Positions 46,501 to 56,898 of a stretch of DNA of 64,000 nt are shown here, piece after piece; the stretch's first letter is position 1; every line of letters begins with the position of its first letter. A program made the position numbers and the translations under genes. The stretch comes from Gemmatimonadota bacterium (GTDB taxonomy: Bacteria; Gemmatimonadota; Gemmatimonadetes; JACCXV01; JAHWKZ01). The stretch is taken from contig DASTCA010000037.1 in NCBI GenBank assembly GCA_035711625.1, forward strand, positions 3,070 to 67,069, written 5' to 3'. Below the pieces are notes generated by a model that was given only the letters and a program-made list of their open reading frames with translations, was not told the DNA's origin and searched no databases.

Positions 46501-47880
46501 ATGGAGAGCGCCAGTCCTGCTCGCGGTCAGTGGGGTTCGAAGCTCGCGTTCATCCTTGCCTCGGCCGGTAGCGCGATCGGGCTGGGGAACATCTGGGGCT
46601 TCCCAACGATCACGTCCGCGAACGGCGGAGCGGCGTTCGTCGTCGTATACCTGCTCGCCGTCGCCTTGATCGGCGCTCCGGTCATGCTAGCGGAGTTCGT
46701 CATCGGACGCCGAACGCAACGGAACCCGGTGGGCGCGTTCCGTGCTCTCGCTCCGGGAACTGCTTGGGTGGTCGTGGGCGGGCTCGGCGTGCTGGCCGGG
46801 GTGATGATCCTCTCGTTCTACTCCGTCATCGCGGGGTGGACGCTGGCGTACATCATCAAGGCCGCGTCGGGAGAGTTCGTCGCCGGCGCGGACACGGGTG
46901 CGATCTTCTCGAGCGTGGCAGGAAGCGCGCCGGTTGCGATCGGCTGGCACTTCGCATTCATGGCCTTGACCGTGCTCGTCGTGATCGGGGGGGTCAAGAA
47001 CGGGATCGAGCGCTGGACGAAAGTCCTGATGCCGGGCCTCTTCGCGATTCTCCTGCTACTGGTCGTGCGGGCGGTGACGCTCTCCGGCGCAGGTCCCGGC
47101 CTCGAGTTCTATCTGCGACCCGATTTCAGCCGCATCGACGGCGGCGTCATCCTGGCCGCGATCGGACAGGCGTTCTTCAGCCTGAGCCTCGGGATGGGCG
47201 CGATGATCACCTATGGCTCGTACATGACCAAGGACGACGACCTCGAGACATCCGCCGGATGGGTGGTCGCGCTTGACACGTCGGTCGCACTGCTGGCCGG
47301 TCTCGTCATCTTCCCGACCTTGTTCCATGCGGGGCTGGAGCCCGGTGCAGGCGGGCCCGGAATGGTGTTCGTCGTCCTGACGTCGCTCTTGTCGACGATC
47401 CCGCCGGAGCCCTGGGGCGGGACCATCTTCGGCGTCCTGTTCTTCCTCCTGCTGATGGTGGCCGCGCTGACTTCCAGTATCTCGCTCCTCGAGGTCGCGA
47501 CCGCGTGGCTCGTCGACGACAAGGGGGTGTCGCGCAAGAAAGCGTCGATCGGCTTGGCAGCCCTCGCGTTCGTGATCGGGATCCCGAGCGCGCTCGCGAA
47601 CGGGGCGGTTCCGTGGCTCTCGTCGCTCCCGGGAATCGGGATGGACTTCCTGTCCTTCCTGTTCATGATCTTCGGGCAATATGCGCTCGTCGTGGGCGCC
47701 CTCCTGATCAGCGTGTTCACGGGCTGGGTGTGGGGCGTCAAGAACGCCGCCGACGAGGTGCGGTCCAACGACGGGAAGTTCTCGTTCGAGAAAGCCTGGT
47801 CGTTCCTGATCCGCTTCCTGTGCCCCGTGGCGATCGTCATCCTCCTGGGGTACCTGCTCTGGCAGCAGCTGGGCGGCTGA
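46501..47880 (+). CDS. Sodium-dependent transporter, NSS/SNF (LeuT-like) family
   Basis: RBS GGAGGGG. The hallmark N-terminus GSAIGLGNIWGFP and 11-12 TM helices. Its position inside a 2-oxo-acid dehydrogenase operon suggests amino-acid uptake. Confidence 0.85.
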   Translation: MESASPARGQWGSKLAFILASAGSAIGLGNIWGFPTITSANGGAAFVVVYLLAVALIGAPVMLAEFVIGRRTQRNPVGAFRALAPGTAWVVVGGLGVLAGVMILSFYSVIAGWTLAYIIKAASGEFVAGADTGAIFSSVAGSAPVAIGWHFAFMALTVLVVIGGVKNGIERWTKVLMPGLFAILLLLVVRAVTLSGAGPGLEFYLRPDFSRIDGGVILAAIGQAFFSLSLGMGAMITYGSYMTKDDDLETSAGWVVALDTSVALLAGLVIFPTLFHAGLEPGAGGPGMVFVVLTSLLSTIPPEPWGGTIFGVLFFLLLMVAALTSSISLLEVATAWLVDDKGVSRKKASIGLAALAFVIGIPSALANGAVPWLSSLPGIGMDFLSFLFMIFGQYALVVGALLISVFTGWVWGVKNAADEVRSNDGKFSFEKAWSFLIRFLCPVAIVILLGYLLWQQLGG

Positions 47881-47927
47881 TCGAGCAGCCCGCGACGTGG
47901 TGGCGGGCGTCCAACCGGAGCCCGGGA

Positions 47928-49226
47928 GTGTTCCGTTCACTGGCGCTGGCCGGGCTCGTCGCCGCATGTGCTGGCCTCAGCCCCTCGGAGACGTCGGTTC
48001 GCACGGTCGATGAGGACGGCGACGGCAGGGCGGACCGATTCGAGCTCGTCACGAACGGCATGGTCGAACGCTCGACCAGAGCGCCGGCGCCGGGCACCGA
48101 CCCGGAACGAACGCTTGTCCTCGCGATCGACGGTATCCCGTACGACGTCTTCGCACACGAGCAGGCCGAGGGCCGGTTCGCCGCGTTCTTTCCTGCATCC
48201 CGGATGCTGGCGCCGTTCCCGTCCCTGACCGACGTCAGCTTCACCGCGTTGCTTCGGACGCTCCCCTCCATGGCCTACGAGGACAAGTACTACGACCGCG
48301 CCGCGGGAGAAGTGAAGGGCGGGTTGAGCGAGCGGGTAGGAGGAGACTACCGCTCCCTGGCCCCATTCCACGAGGTCTTCGACTGGGAGCAGCCGGTGAC
48401 GTGGGGCGGCTTCGTGTATCTGGCCCCGTCCCGCGTCGCCGAGGCCGAGCTCCTGCGCGTCGTCGAGATCATTCGCGAGAGCGAAGATCCGGAGCTCGTC
48501 CTGTACCTCGGATCGACCGATGGCCTGGGCCACGAAGATGGCCGGGAGGCGCTGCGTGTGCATCTGCGACGGATCGACCACTTGCTGACCCGCTTGCTCG
48601 CCGAAGGCGTCGGTGGCAGGCGGGTCGTGCTGCTCTCCGACCACGGGATGAGCGATGAGGAGACGCGGCGCTTCGACCTCGAGTCGGCTCTCGAGCGCGG
48701 CGGATACCGGCTGGCGGATCGACTGGATTCCCCGGCCGACGTGGTCGTGCCGGCGTACGGCCTGATCGGCTCCATCCAGGTCTATACCGCCTGCGGAGAG
48801 GAGGAGGGCGTCGCGCGTGCGATCGTCGCTCAGGAAGGCGCGGATTTCGCCGTGTGGCTCGCGGACGACGAGGTCAAGGCGGTGGACCGCCGTGGCGCGG
48901 CCGACCCGCTCGATCGCTCACCGCAGCTCTACCCGGAGCTCAGACGCCGGGTCGCGGAGGGACTCCGCTATCCCACCCCCCACCCGGCCAACGTCATCGT
49001 CGACCTGGAACCCGAGTGGCATTACGGGCTGCGGCTCTTCGAGGCCTTCGTCTCGATGGCGGGAACGCACGGATCGGCCAGGTACGAGCAGTCGGTGGGC
49101 TTCGTGGCCTCGAACGTGGATCGAACGCCGCCCTGGATGGACGTCGCCGAGGTCTACCCCTACCTGGCGCTGGAGCGTGAGCCCGCTCCGGTCGCTCGCT
49201 TCGTGCCCGCGTGCGCGGCTGGGTGA
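47928..49226 (+). CDS. Alkaline-phosphatase-superfamily lipoprotein (type I phosphodiesterase / nucleotide pyrophosphatase-like)
   Basis: GTG 47928 with lipobox LVAACAG. AlkP-core blocks LVLAIDGIPYD, GSTDGLGHEDG and LLSDHGMSD (metal-binding Asp/His). Confidence 0.55.
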   Translation: MFRSLALAGLVAACAGLSPSETSVRTVDEDGDGRADRFELVTNGMVERSTRAPAPGTDPERTLVLAIDGIPYDVFAHEQAEGRFAAFFPASRMLAPFPSLTDVSFTALLRTLPSMAYEDKYYDRAAGEVKGGLSERVGGDYRSLAPFHEVFDWEQPVTWGGFVYLAPSRVAEAELLRVVEIIRESEDPELVLYLGSTDGLGHEDGREALRVHLRRIDHLLTRLLAEGVGGRRVVLLSDHGMSDEETRRFDLESALERGGYRLADRLDSPADVVVPAYGLIGSIQVYTACGEEEGVARAIVAQEGADFAVWLADDEVKAVDRRGAADPLDRSPQLYPELRRRVAEGLRYPTPHPANVIVDLEPEWHYGLRLFEAFVSMAGTHGSARYEQSVGFVASNVDRTPPWMDVAEVYPYLALEREPAPVARFVPACAAG

Positions 49227-49315
49227 TCCTGCGCATAGTCCGACTCGCCAAACGAACTCCGAGCAGCTAGGCTTGAAGTCCTTCCCATACGCCGGATCCG
49301 AACCGCGGAGGAACC

Positions 49316-50758
49316 ATGCCCATAGACGTCATCATGCCCCAGATGGGGGAGTCGATCGCCGAGGGGACCCTCGTCAAGTGGTTCAAGAAACCGGGTGATC
49401 CGGTCGAGCGCGACGAGAACCTGTTCGAGATCTCGACCGACAAGGTCGACGCCGAGATCCCCTCACCTTCCTCGGGCACGCTCGGCGACATCCTCGTGCA
49501 GGAGGGCGAGACGGTCGAAGTAGGCACCGTTGTCGCGACGATTCTCCAGGCGGGAGAGGCGGCGACGGCGGGGGGGGCCGCGGAGCCATCCACGGCCGAA
49601 GCGGCCATGGCCGATGCAACCGGGGCGGAGACTCCAAGCACCGAGACAGCCGCGGACATGGCGGCCACGGCGACGACGGCTCCCGCGACTCCGGCCGGAG
49701 ACGGAACGGGGAACGGGGCCAAGGGCGTCTCCACGAAGGAGGAGCTCCGCCGCGTCCGCTCTTCGCCGCTCGTCCGCAACATCGCGCGCGAGCACGGGGT
49801 CGATATCTCCGGCGTCGAGGGGAGCGGCCTCTCCGGTCGGGTGACGAAGGGCGACATCCTGGCGCACATCGCTTCGCGGCCAGCGGCCGGGGCCGAGAAA
49901 GTGGAGGCGGCTCCGCCAGCTCGGCACGAGCCCGAGCGTCACGTGCGCCCCGAGCCGGCGCCGGAACGACGCACGCCTGTCACGCGCGAACCCTCGCTCC
50001 CGGTGGCGCCGGCTGCCGCCGGCCCCCGGCCGTTCACGGACTCCGACCACGTGGAGCTCCAGCCCATGTCGATCATGCGCCAGCGGATCGCCGAGCACAT
50101 GATCGCGTCACGGCGGACATCGGCGCATGTGACGTCGTTTTTCGAGATCGACCTCACGCGTGTCGACGAGTTGCGCGGGCGTAACAAGGAGAGCTTTCTC
50201 GCCGACTCGGGCGTGAAGCTCACTTTCATGCCGTTCATCATCAAAGCGTTGGTGGCCGGCGTGAAGGAGTGGCCGATCCTGAACGCCTCGGTGTGGAACG
50301 ACCAGATCGTCTACAAGCGGGACATCAACGTGGGAATCGCGGTTGCGCTGCAGCAGGACCGGGGATTCGGTCTCCTCGTACCTGTCATCCGGCACGCGGA
50401 CGAGCTCTCGCTCGTCGGCCTGGCTCGGGCAGCGAACGACCTTGCCGAGCGAGCGCGGTCGAAGAAGCTCTCCCCGGACGAAGTCCAAGGTGGCACGATC
50501 ACGATCACGAATCCGGGGGTCTTCGGATCGCTGGCCGGAACGCCCATCATCAACCAGCCGCAGGTCGCAATCCTGGGTGTGGGAGCGATCGAAAAGCGTG
50601 TGAAGGTCGTCGGGCCGGGCGACTCGATCGGTGTCCGCACCTGCGCCTACTTCTCGATCAGCTACGACCACCGCGTGGTGGATGGTGCCACCGCCGACCA
50701 CTTCATGCTCGTGGTCAAGGACAAGCTGGAGAGCTTCAGCGACCCGTCGTTGAAGTAG
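49316..50758 (+). CDS. Dihydrolipoamide acyltransferase (E2) of a 2-oxo acid dehydrogenase complex
   Basis: Lipoyl domain around STDKVDAEI. The Ala/Pro-rich linker is followed by the E3-binding domain SPLVRNIAREHGVDISGVEGSGLSGRVTKGDI. The catalytic DHRVVDGA motif is present. Confidence 0.9.
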   Translation: MPIDVIMPQMGESIAEGTLVKWFKKPGDPVERDENLFEISTDKVDAEIPSPSSGTLGDILVQEGETVEVGTVVATILQAGEAATAGGAAEPSTAEAAMADATGAETPSTETAADMAATATTAPATPAGDGTGNGAKGVSTKEELRRVRSSPLVRNIAREHGVDISGVEGSGLSGRVTKGDILAHIASRPAAGAEKVEAAPPARHEPERHVRPEPAPERRTPVTREPSLPVAPAAAGPRPFTDSDHVELQPMSIMRQRIAEHMIASRRTSAHVTSFFEIDLTRVDELRGRNKESFLADSGVKLTFMPFIIKALVAGVKEWPILNASVWNDQIVYKRDINVGIAVALQQDRGFGLLVPVIRHADELSLVGLARAANDLAERARSKKLSPDEVQGGTITITNPGVFGSLAGTPIINQPQVAILGVGAIEKRVKVVGPGDSIGVRTCAYFSISYDHRVVDGATADHFMLVVKDKLESFSDPSLK

Positions 50759-50759
50759 C

Positions 50760-51305
50760 CTAGCCCGGCCCCAGGTTGCCGCACGCCACGATCGCGGCCT
50801 GGTCGCCAGCGCCGCGAACGCGCACGATCCGGCTCGCGCCGCCGGTGTCGAGGAGCTCGGCGCCGAGTACCTCACGGACCTCGCCGTCGCCTGCCTCTCC
50901 CGCCGTGATCTGCCCCAGGACCGCGATCACCTCGCTCGGGCTCACGCACGAGCCTCCGACCAGCTCCGCGATGTAGGACAGCCCGCTGTTCGCGCCGTGG
51001 ATCTCGACCGCGACCGCGGCGCCCCCCGCAACCGGGCTGAGCGTGACCGTGCCGGTGACGTCCGTGCCCCCTTGCGCTTCGAGCTCGGCCCTGAAGCGGC
51101 CGCCGACGGAGGGCACGCTCGGTACCGAGTCCGCGGAGGTTGCGGGCAGGTCGGCGACCGACTCGGCGGATGCAAGGGTGTCCGACCGAGGGACGGCGTC
51201 GTCTGCGTCTTCGGGCGGAGCGCCACACGCCCCGGCCGTGAGGATCGAGATCGCGGCCATGGCAGCGACCATGCGAATGCAGGCCTTCGATTGCTTGCCG
51301 TCCAT
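50760..51305 (-). CDS. Hypothetical secreted lipoprotein
   Basis: ATG 51305 is preceded by a GGAGG RBS, with lipobox LTAGACG. A longer upstream start at 51368 is less likely. Confidence 0.4.
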   Translation of the reverse strand: MDGKQSKACIRMVAAMAAISILTAGACGAPPEDADDAVPRSDTLASAESVADLPATSADSVPSVPSVGGRFRAELEAQGGTDVTGTVTLSPVAGGAAVAVEIHGANSGLSYIAELVGGSCVSPSEVIAVLGQITAGEAGDGEVREVLGAELLDTGGASRIVRVRGAGDQAAIVACGNLGPG

Positions 51306-51430
51306 CGATCCCTCCTGTTTGAATCCGTCTCGGTTGCCCAGGGTCTCCGGTTTCCAACGGTGTGACATTTCAATCTATTCGCTTCCCGACACGTGGGCCG
51401 TCAGGGAGGTTACGCTTACAATGATCGATC

Positions 51431-53623
51431 ATGCCCGGAAGGGAGACGTTCGACCGACTGCGCCAGACGCGCGCCGCCCGGATCGTCGGCGTGTACGCGG
51501 CGACGGCGTGGGGGATCTTCGAGATCGTCGACAAGACCGTGCGGACGTTCGGCTGGCCGGAGGCGATCCCGCGCGGCTTCCTGATCCTCCTCATCGTGGG
51601 ACTCGGGTTCGTGACTCTGGCCGCCTGGGCGTATGCGGGCCAGGAGATCGGGGAACGGACCGGGTGGCGGTGGCCAGCGCGAATCCAGGCCGTCCTCGCC
51701 CATCGGTGGTTCGGCCGCATCGCGGTTGCCGGCCTGGGGGCGGCGGTCCTCTTGTGGGGTTGGCGCACGATTCGGCCGGATGTCGAATACGGGCCGTTCA
51801 GCGTGGGCGACCTGACAGCGGCTAGCATCCCTCCGCGGGTTGTGGTTCTACCCGTGACGAGCGAAGAGACCGGGCTCGACCGGGAACGGCGGACGCTGAC
51901 CCGGCTCATGACCGTCGACCTGAACGACGTCGGCGACTTCCGGACGATCCATGGCGAGCGCGTGGCGCGCGAGTGGCGCGAAGCTCCGCCGGTGGACCCC
52001 GAGGTGGCGGCCCGGTTCGCCCGTCGGGCCGATGCACACTTCGTCGTCATCGCCTCCCTGGAGCGGGGAGGAGATGGTCTCCGCGCCGCCGCCGAGGTAC
52101 TGGAAGCGGGCCGCGGTGAGTCTAAGGGCCACATCGTGGTCGAGGGCCGGGCGGCGGACCTGCCGGGCCTGTCCGATCGGCTGGCGATGGAGGTCTTCCG
52201 CTCGCTGGTCGCCGACGTTCGGGACGAGAGGGTGACGAGCCCCACCCGAGCCCGAACATCCTCGATGCACGCGTACAAGGCGTTCCTTCGAGGCGAGCGG
52301 GCGTTCCGACACGCCGATTTCGCCGGCGCGCTGGCGGAGTACTCGCGAGCAACCGAGTCGGACAGCATGTTCGCGATGGCTCGTTTCCGGGAAGGGCTCG
52401 TCCGCCGCTGGGAGGATCCGTCGGTCGGTCCGCCGCTCGAGAGCTTCGATACCGCCATGCTATATGGAGACCGGCTCGCAGAGGACGACCGCGAGATGCT
52501 GAGAGCCAGCGGCGCGCTCGAGTGGGGAATGCTCGAGGGCGTATCAGCGATGGCGTCGGTTCTGGCGCGGCGTCCCGAGGACCCGCAGGCGTGGTACCTG
52601 CTGGCGGATGCGGAGGCCTGGGTCGGCTCATCGCTCCTACTGGCTCCGGACAGCGTGGAATCGACGCTCGCGCGCGCCATCGCCGCCGACCCGGAGTTCT
52701 GCCCCACACTCCTGATGCGGATCCCGATCTCCCTCCTGCGAGGGGCCGACCGCCCCCGTCTCGAGGCCCTGGTCGACTCGCTCGTCTCAGCGGACGCCCA
52801 TCCCGCTGTGGTGGCCAGACAGAGGCTGCTGGTCGAACTCGCGTTCGGCGACGCTGACCAGTCCGCAGCCCTCGAGGAGGTCCCGGTTCACCTCCTGTGG
52901 TGGCTGGCGGACGCGCTCGGAACCCCGCGGTTCCTCGATCGCCAGGCGGTCGTACTCCAGGAAATCCGGAAGCGCGCGGATCGGGCGGATCCGCGGCCCG
53001 CCAAACGCGTGCTCTACTACAACCTGCTGGCGCGTGGGCTCCAATCCGAGGCGCTCGCTCTCCTCGACGATCCGGGCATGAGCGGGTTCCGGCCGGAAGC
53101 CACGTACCGCACGATTCAGCGGGGGATCGGGCTACCCGCGGATCTCGTCCTCGACGCGACGAACGTCTACGACACCTACGGCTCGGCGACCACCTGGTTC
53201 TACGGTGGCGCGATGGCGGCCGACCAGGGCCGATGGGGAGACGTCACCTACGCGGTCGATCGCTTGTTGGAGGAGGCGCGGATGATCGATCAGGAAGGAG
53301 ACGGTTTCGCCGCACGCGAGCACTCGATGGTCGCGGAGATCCTCGACCAGTACGCGCGCGTCAGGTCCAGCCCGACCCCCGCCCGGGAACGAGTGACCGA
53401 GCTGGAGGCCCGGCGGCTTCTGGGGGCCGGATCCAGCGAGTGGGCGAGGATGATCGACGCGACCGCGCGGTGGTGGCTCGCGGAGCTGTGGCTCGAGCTC
53501 GGCGACCGGGACCGCGCGGCGGTCTACTTCCGGTCGCTGTGGCGGGACCCGGCCGCGGCCGACAGGCTGGGTGAGCTGCACGCGCTCGTGCCTCCAGCAC
53601 GATCCTCCGTCGCCGGGCGCTGA
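51431..53623 (+). CDS. Membrane-anchored TPR-like repeat protein (730 aa)
   Basis: Two N-terminal TM helices. A periplasmic TolB-N/LpoB-like block (VVVLPVTSEETG...LMTVDL) is followed by a long helical repeat region rich in Ala/Leu/Arg. Confidence 0.45.
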   Translation: MPGRETFDRLRQTRAARIVGVYAATAWGIFEIVDKTVRTFGWPEAIPRGFLILLIVGLGFVTLAAWAYAGQEIGERTGWRWPARIQAVLAHRWFGRIAVAGLGAAVLLWGWRTIRPDVEYGPFSVGDLTAASIPPRVVVLPVTSEETGLDRERRTLTRLMTVDLNDVGDFRTIHGERVAREWREAPPVDPEVAARFARRADAHFVVIASLERGGDGLRAAAEVLEAGRGESKGHIVVEGRAADLPGLSDRLAMEVFRSLVADVRDERVTSPTRARTSSMHAYKAFLRGERAFRHADFAGALAEYSRATESDSMFAMARFREGLVRRWEDPSVGPPLESFDTAMLYGDRLAEDDREMLRASGALEWGMLEGVSAMASVLARRPEDPQAWYLLADAEAWVGSSLLLAPDSVESTLARAIAADPEFCPTLLMRIPISLLRGADRPRLEALVDSLVSADAHPAVVARQRLLVELAFGDADQSAALEEVPVHLLWWLADALGTPRFLDRQAVVLQEIRKRADRADPRPAKRVLYYNLLARGLQSEALALLDDPGMSGFRPEATYRTIQRGIGLPADLVLDATNVYDTYGSATTWFYGGAMAADQGRWGDVTYAVDRLLEEARMIDQEGDGFAAREHSMVAEILDQYARVRSSPTPARERVTELEARRLLGAGSSEWARMIDATARWWLAELWLELGDRDRAAVYFRSLWRDPAAADRLGELHALVPPARSSVAGR

Positions 53624-53664
53624 CACCGAGAATCTGATTTACATGAGTTCACTATCAGGTTGGA

Positions 53665-54033
53665 TTACAACGACTTGACCCACTCTCGAGCATCCTCGAC
53701 ACGAGCGCTTGAGAAGTGCTTCACCGCGATACGCCCGGGCACAGGGGCCGAGCGGAGGGCCGTCTTCAGCCAGCCCTGGTCGCCCACCACCGCCACCCGC
53801 TCGACCCGTCCGGCCAGGCCGGCGACGAACGACATCTGGGAGCGGAGCGAAGCGGCTTCCAGCATGCCCAGTCCCTCCACCAGGACGAGCAGCCGGAAGG
53901 CGCCGTGCTGGAGCGCGATCTCCTCGGCGCGACGCGCGATGGCGGCTGGCTCGAGGCCGCCCCCGCGGCCGCCAGAGACGCGTAGCGCCAGGACCGGTCC
54001 CGCGCTTTCATCGAGGACGTCGACGACCGGCAC
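53665..54033 (-). CDS. SpoIIAA-like STAS-domain protein (DUF3478/STAS_2-like)
   Basis: 122 aa with the MSFVAGL...VAVVGDQGW pattern. It lies directly downstream of the HD gene on the same strand. Confidence 0.5.
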   Translation of the reverse strand: MPVVDVLDESAGPVLALRVSGGRGGGLEPAAIARRAEEIALQHGAFRLLVLVEGLGMLEAASLRSQMSFVAGLAGRVERVAVVGDQGWLKTALRSAPVPGRIAVKHFSSARVEDAREWVKSL

Positions 54034-54046
54034 CCGATGCCCGCGG

Positions 54047-54628
54047 CTAGCCGCTCGCCTTGCCGAGGCCGAGCTTGCCTTCGACGGGCCGCAGGAAGGA
54101 GATCACGTTCTCGACGTGCTTGTCGAACGGCACGCCGAGGTCGTCCGCCGCGCGCTTGAGGCTGTCGCGGTCGATTGCCTCGCAGAAGGTCTTGTCCTTG
54201 ATCTTCTTCTTGACGGACTTGATTTCCAGGTCGCGTAGAGACTTGCTCGGCCGCACCAGCGCGCAGGCGATCAGGAAGCCCACCAGCTCGTCCACGGCAT
54301 AGAGCGCCTTCTCCAGCTTCGATTCACGCGGGACGCCGGTGTAGTCGGCATGGCTCAGGATCGCGCGCCGCACTTCGCGCGGCCAACCCTGCTTGTCGAG
54401 AATCTGGACCCCGACGAACGGATGGCCGTTCTCGCCCTGATGCTTTTCGTAATCGAAGTCGTGCAGCAGGCCGACGATGCCCCATTTGTCGACATCCTCG
54501 CCGAACTTCTGGGCGTAACCGCGCATCGCGGCCTCGACCCCCAGCATATGGCTGCGGAGGCCCGGGCTATCGGTGTATTCGGTCACGAGGCGCCAGGCGT
54601 CCTCGCGCGTCTTTCCGTCGATGGGCAT
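54047..54628 (-). CDS. YqeK-like HD-domain phosphohydrolase
   Basis: LLHDFDYEK and SHADYTG HD motifs, with overall collinearity to the Bacillus subtilis YqeK family. Lower-GC, Lys-rich C-terminus. An alternative upstream start lies at 54688. Confidence 0.65.
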   Translation of the reverse strand: MPIDGKTREDAWRLVTEYTDSPGLRSHMLGVEAAMRGYAQKFGEDVDKWGIVGLLHDFDYEKHQGENGHPFVGVQILDKQGWPREVRRAILSHADYTGVPRESKLEKALYAVDELVGFLIACALVRPSKSLRDLEIKSVKKKIKDKTFCEAIDRDSLKRAADDLGVPFDKHVENVISFLRPVEGKLGLGKASG

Positions 54629-54761
54629 CGGGTCCTTTTCTCTCGGGTCTTTTATGGCAGTGGCGAGCATGCGATCCACAGGGGGCATGAATATAGTCGC
54701 CCGAGGCCGGGCCTCCCAACTCTCCGGTTCCGGTTGACCCCTTCAGCGGGCGGATCGTACC

Positions 54762-56879
54762 TTGCGATCCGTGAATCCCGAAGCCCAGGCGGAACGTACG
54801 ATTCGCGGTCTCGAGGCTCCCGTCCTCCTCGATATGTACCGTCACATCTATGCTGCGCGCCGGATCGACGACAAGGAAATCCAGCTCAAGCGGCAGAACA
54901 AGATCTTCTTCCAGATCTCCGGCGCGGGACACGAGGCGGTACAGGCGGCTGCCGGGTCCTTGCTCAGGCCCGGGCAGGACTGGCTGTATCTGTACTACCG
55001 CGATCGGGCCTTGTGCCTGGCGCTCGGGATGTCGTACGACGCGATGATGCTGCAGGCGGTGGGAGCGGCCGACGACCCGCAATCCGGTGGACGCCAGATG
55101 CCGTCCCACTGGGGGTCCCTCGAGCTGAACATCGTCTCGACGTCGAGCCCGACGGGAACACAGTACCTGAACGCCGTCGGTTGCGCGGAAGCGGCCTGGC
55201 GTATGGCGCGCATCCCGGGTCTGGAAGACAGGGGCCAGGGTGACGAGATCGTCCTCGTGAGCTCCGGCGAAGGGACGACGAGTCAGGGCGAGTTCTGGGA
55301 GTCGCTCAACACGGCCTGCAACCTGCGCCTGCCCGTCCTCTACCTCATCGAGGACAACGGATATGCAATCAGCGTCCCGGTGGAAGTTCAAACAGCCGGC
55401 GGCTCGATCTCGAAGCTGGTTGCCGATTTTCCCGACTTGCTAGTGGAGGAGGTCGACGGCTGCGATCCGGTGGCCTCGCACGCCACGTTGGAGCGTGCCA
55501 TCGACTGGTGCCGGAGGCGGAAAGGCCCCGCCCTCGTCCACGCCCGCGTGATCCGACCGTATTCACACTCGCTCTCGGACGACGAGCGCATGTACCGCCC
55601 CGATCGGGAACGAGAGTTCGAAGCCGGCCGCGATCCGCTGACCACGTTCCCTCGGCGGCTGGTCGACGAGGGACTCGCTACTGAGGAGGAGCTAGCGGCT
55701 ATCCGGGCCGAGGTCGATCGCGAGGTCGACGCCGCGACCGAGCGCGCGCTGGAGGCGCCCCAGCCCTCGCCGGACACGGCGCTGCGATTCGTCTATTCGC
55801 CCGATGTCGATCCGACCGCCGAGAGGTTCGCGTCTGAGCCCGTGTTCGAAGGCGAGCCGACGACGATGGTGGATCTCCTCAATGCAGCGATGAGAGACGA
55901 GATGGCGCGCGACCCGCGCATCGTGGTCTTCGGTGAAGACGTCGCCGACGCCTCGCGCGAGGGCATCCTGGGAGAGGTCAAGGGCAAGGGGGGTGTTTTC
56001 AAGGTCACGGCCAACCTGCAGCGCCGGTTCGGCGGCGTGAGGGTCTTCAATTCGCCGCTGGCGGAGGCGAATATCGTGGGTCGGGCTGTCGGTATGGCGA
56101 CGCGCGGGCTCAAGCCCGTGGTCGAGATCCAGTTCTACGACTACATCTGGCCCGCTTACCATCAGATCCGCAACGAGCTCGCCCTCCTTCGCTGGCGCTC
56201 GAATGACGACTTCTCCGCTCCCCTGGTCGTGCGAGTCCCATGCGGAGGCTATCTGAAGGGCGGCGCGGTCTATCACTCACAATCCGGCATGACGTTGTTC
56301 ACGGCCAATCCCGGCCTCAGGGTCGTCATGCCCGCCACCGCCGAGGACGCGAACGGCCTCATGCGCACCGCGATTCGGTGCGACGATCCGGTGATTTTCC
56401 TGGAGCACAAGCACCTCTATCGGCAGGCATACAACAAGGGTCGCTATCCCGGCCCGGAGTACATGATTCCGTTTGCCAGGGCCGCAAGGATCCTGGAAGG
56501 CGCTGATCTGACGATCGTGACCTACGGAGCCACGGTGCAACGCTCGCTGGTCGCGGCCCGCGAGCTGGCGGAGAAGGAGGGCATCGCAGCCGAGATCCTC
56601 GACCTCCGGACTCTCTCGCCATACGACTGGGACGCCGTTGCCGAGTCCGTGCGGCGCACGAACAAGGCGCTGGTCGTGTACGAGGATCCGATCTCTTGGG
56701 GCTTCGGGGCGGAGATCGCAGCGCGGATAGCGGACGAGCTCTTCGAGTGGCTGGACGGACCCGTCAAGCGGGTCGCGGCCCTCGACTGCCAGGTCGGATA
56801 CGCCCCCTCGCTCGAGGATGCCACTCTGCCTCAGGTCGAGCACATCCGCGCCGGGATCCGCGAGCTCGCGCGATACTGA
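54762..56879 (+). CDS. Fused alpha-beta E1 component of a TPP-dependent 2-oxo acid dehydrogenase
   Basis: 705 aa. The N-terminal half carries a TPP-binding motif ([35 protein letters not shown]). The C-terminal half is a transketolase-like beta domain (VFGEDVAD..., HSQS). TTG/GTG start is uncertain. Confidence 0.8.
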   Translation: MRSVNPEAQAERTIRGLEAPVLLDMYRHIYAARRIDDKEIQLKRQNKIFFQISGAGHEAVQAAAGSLLRPGQDWLYLYYRDRALCLALGMSYDAMMLQAVGAADDPQSGGRQMPSHWGSLELNIVSTSSPTGTQYLNAVGCAEAAWRMARIPGLEDRGQGDEIVLVSSGEGTTSQGEFWESLNTACNLRLPVLYLIEDNGYAISVPVEVQTAGGSISKLVADFPDLLVEEVDGCDPVASHATLERAIDWCRRRKGPALVHARVIRPYSHSLSDDERMYRPDREREFEAGRDPLTTFPRRLVDEGLATEEELAAIRAEVDREVDAATERALEAPQPSPDTALRFVYSPDVDPTAERFASEPVFEGEPTTMVDLLNAAMRDEMARDPRIVVFGEDVADASREGILGEVKGKGGVFKVTANLQRRFGGVRVFNSPLAEANIVGRAVGMATRGLKPVVEIQFYDYIWPAYHQIRNELALLRWRSNDDFSAPLVVRVPCGGYLKGGAVYHSQSGMTLFTANPGLRVVMPATAEDANGLMRTAIRCDDPVIFLEHKHLYRQAYNKGRYPGPEYMIPFARAARILEGADLTIVTYGATVQRSLVAARELAEKEGIAAEILDLRTLSPYDWDAVAESVRRTNKALVVYEDPISWGFGAEIAARIADELFEWLDGPVKRVAALDCQVGYAPSLEDATLPQVEHIRAGIRELARY

Positions 56880-56898
56880 GAGTCACCCCCGCAACCCG

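Noticed and set aside
53624-53664. AT-rich 41-bp convergent intergenic segment (CTGATTTACATGAGTTCACTATCAG) as a bidirectional terminator
   Set aside because: Only 5-bp terminal complementarity and no GC stem or T-tract; probably just a spacer.
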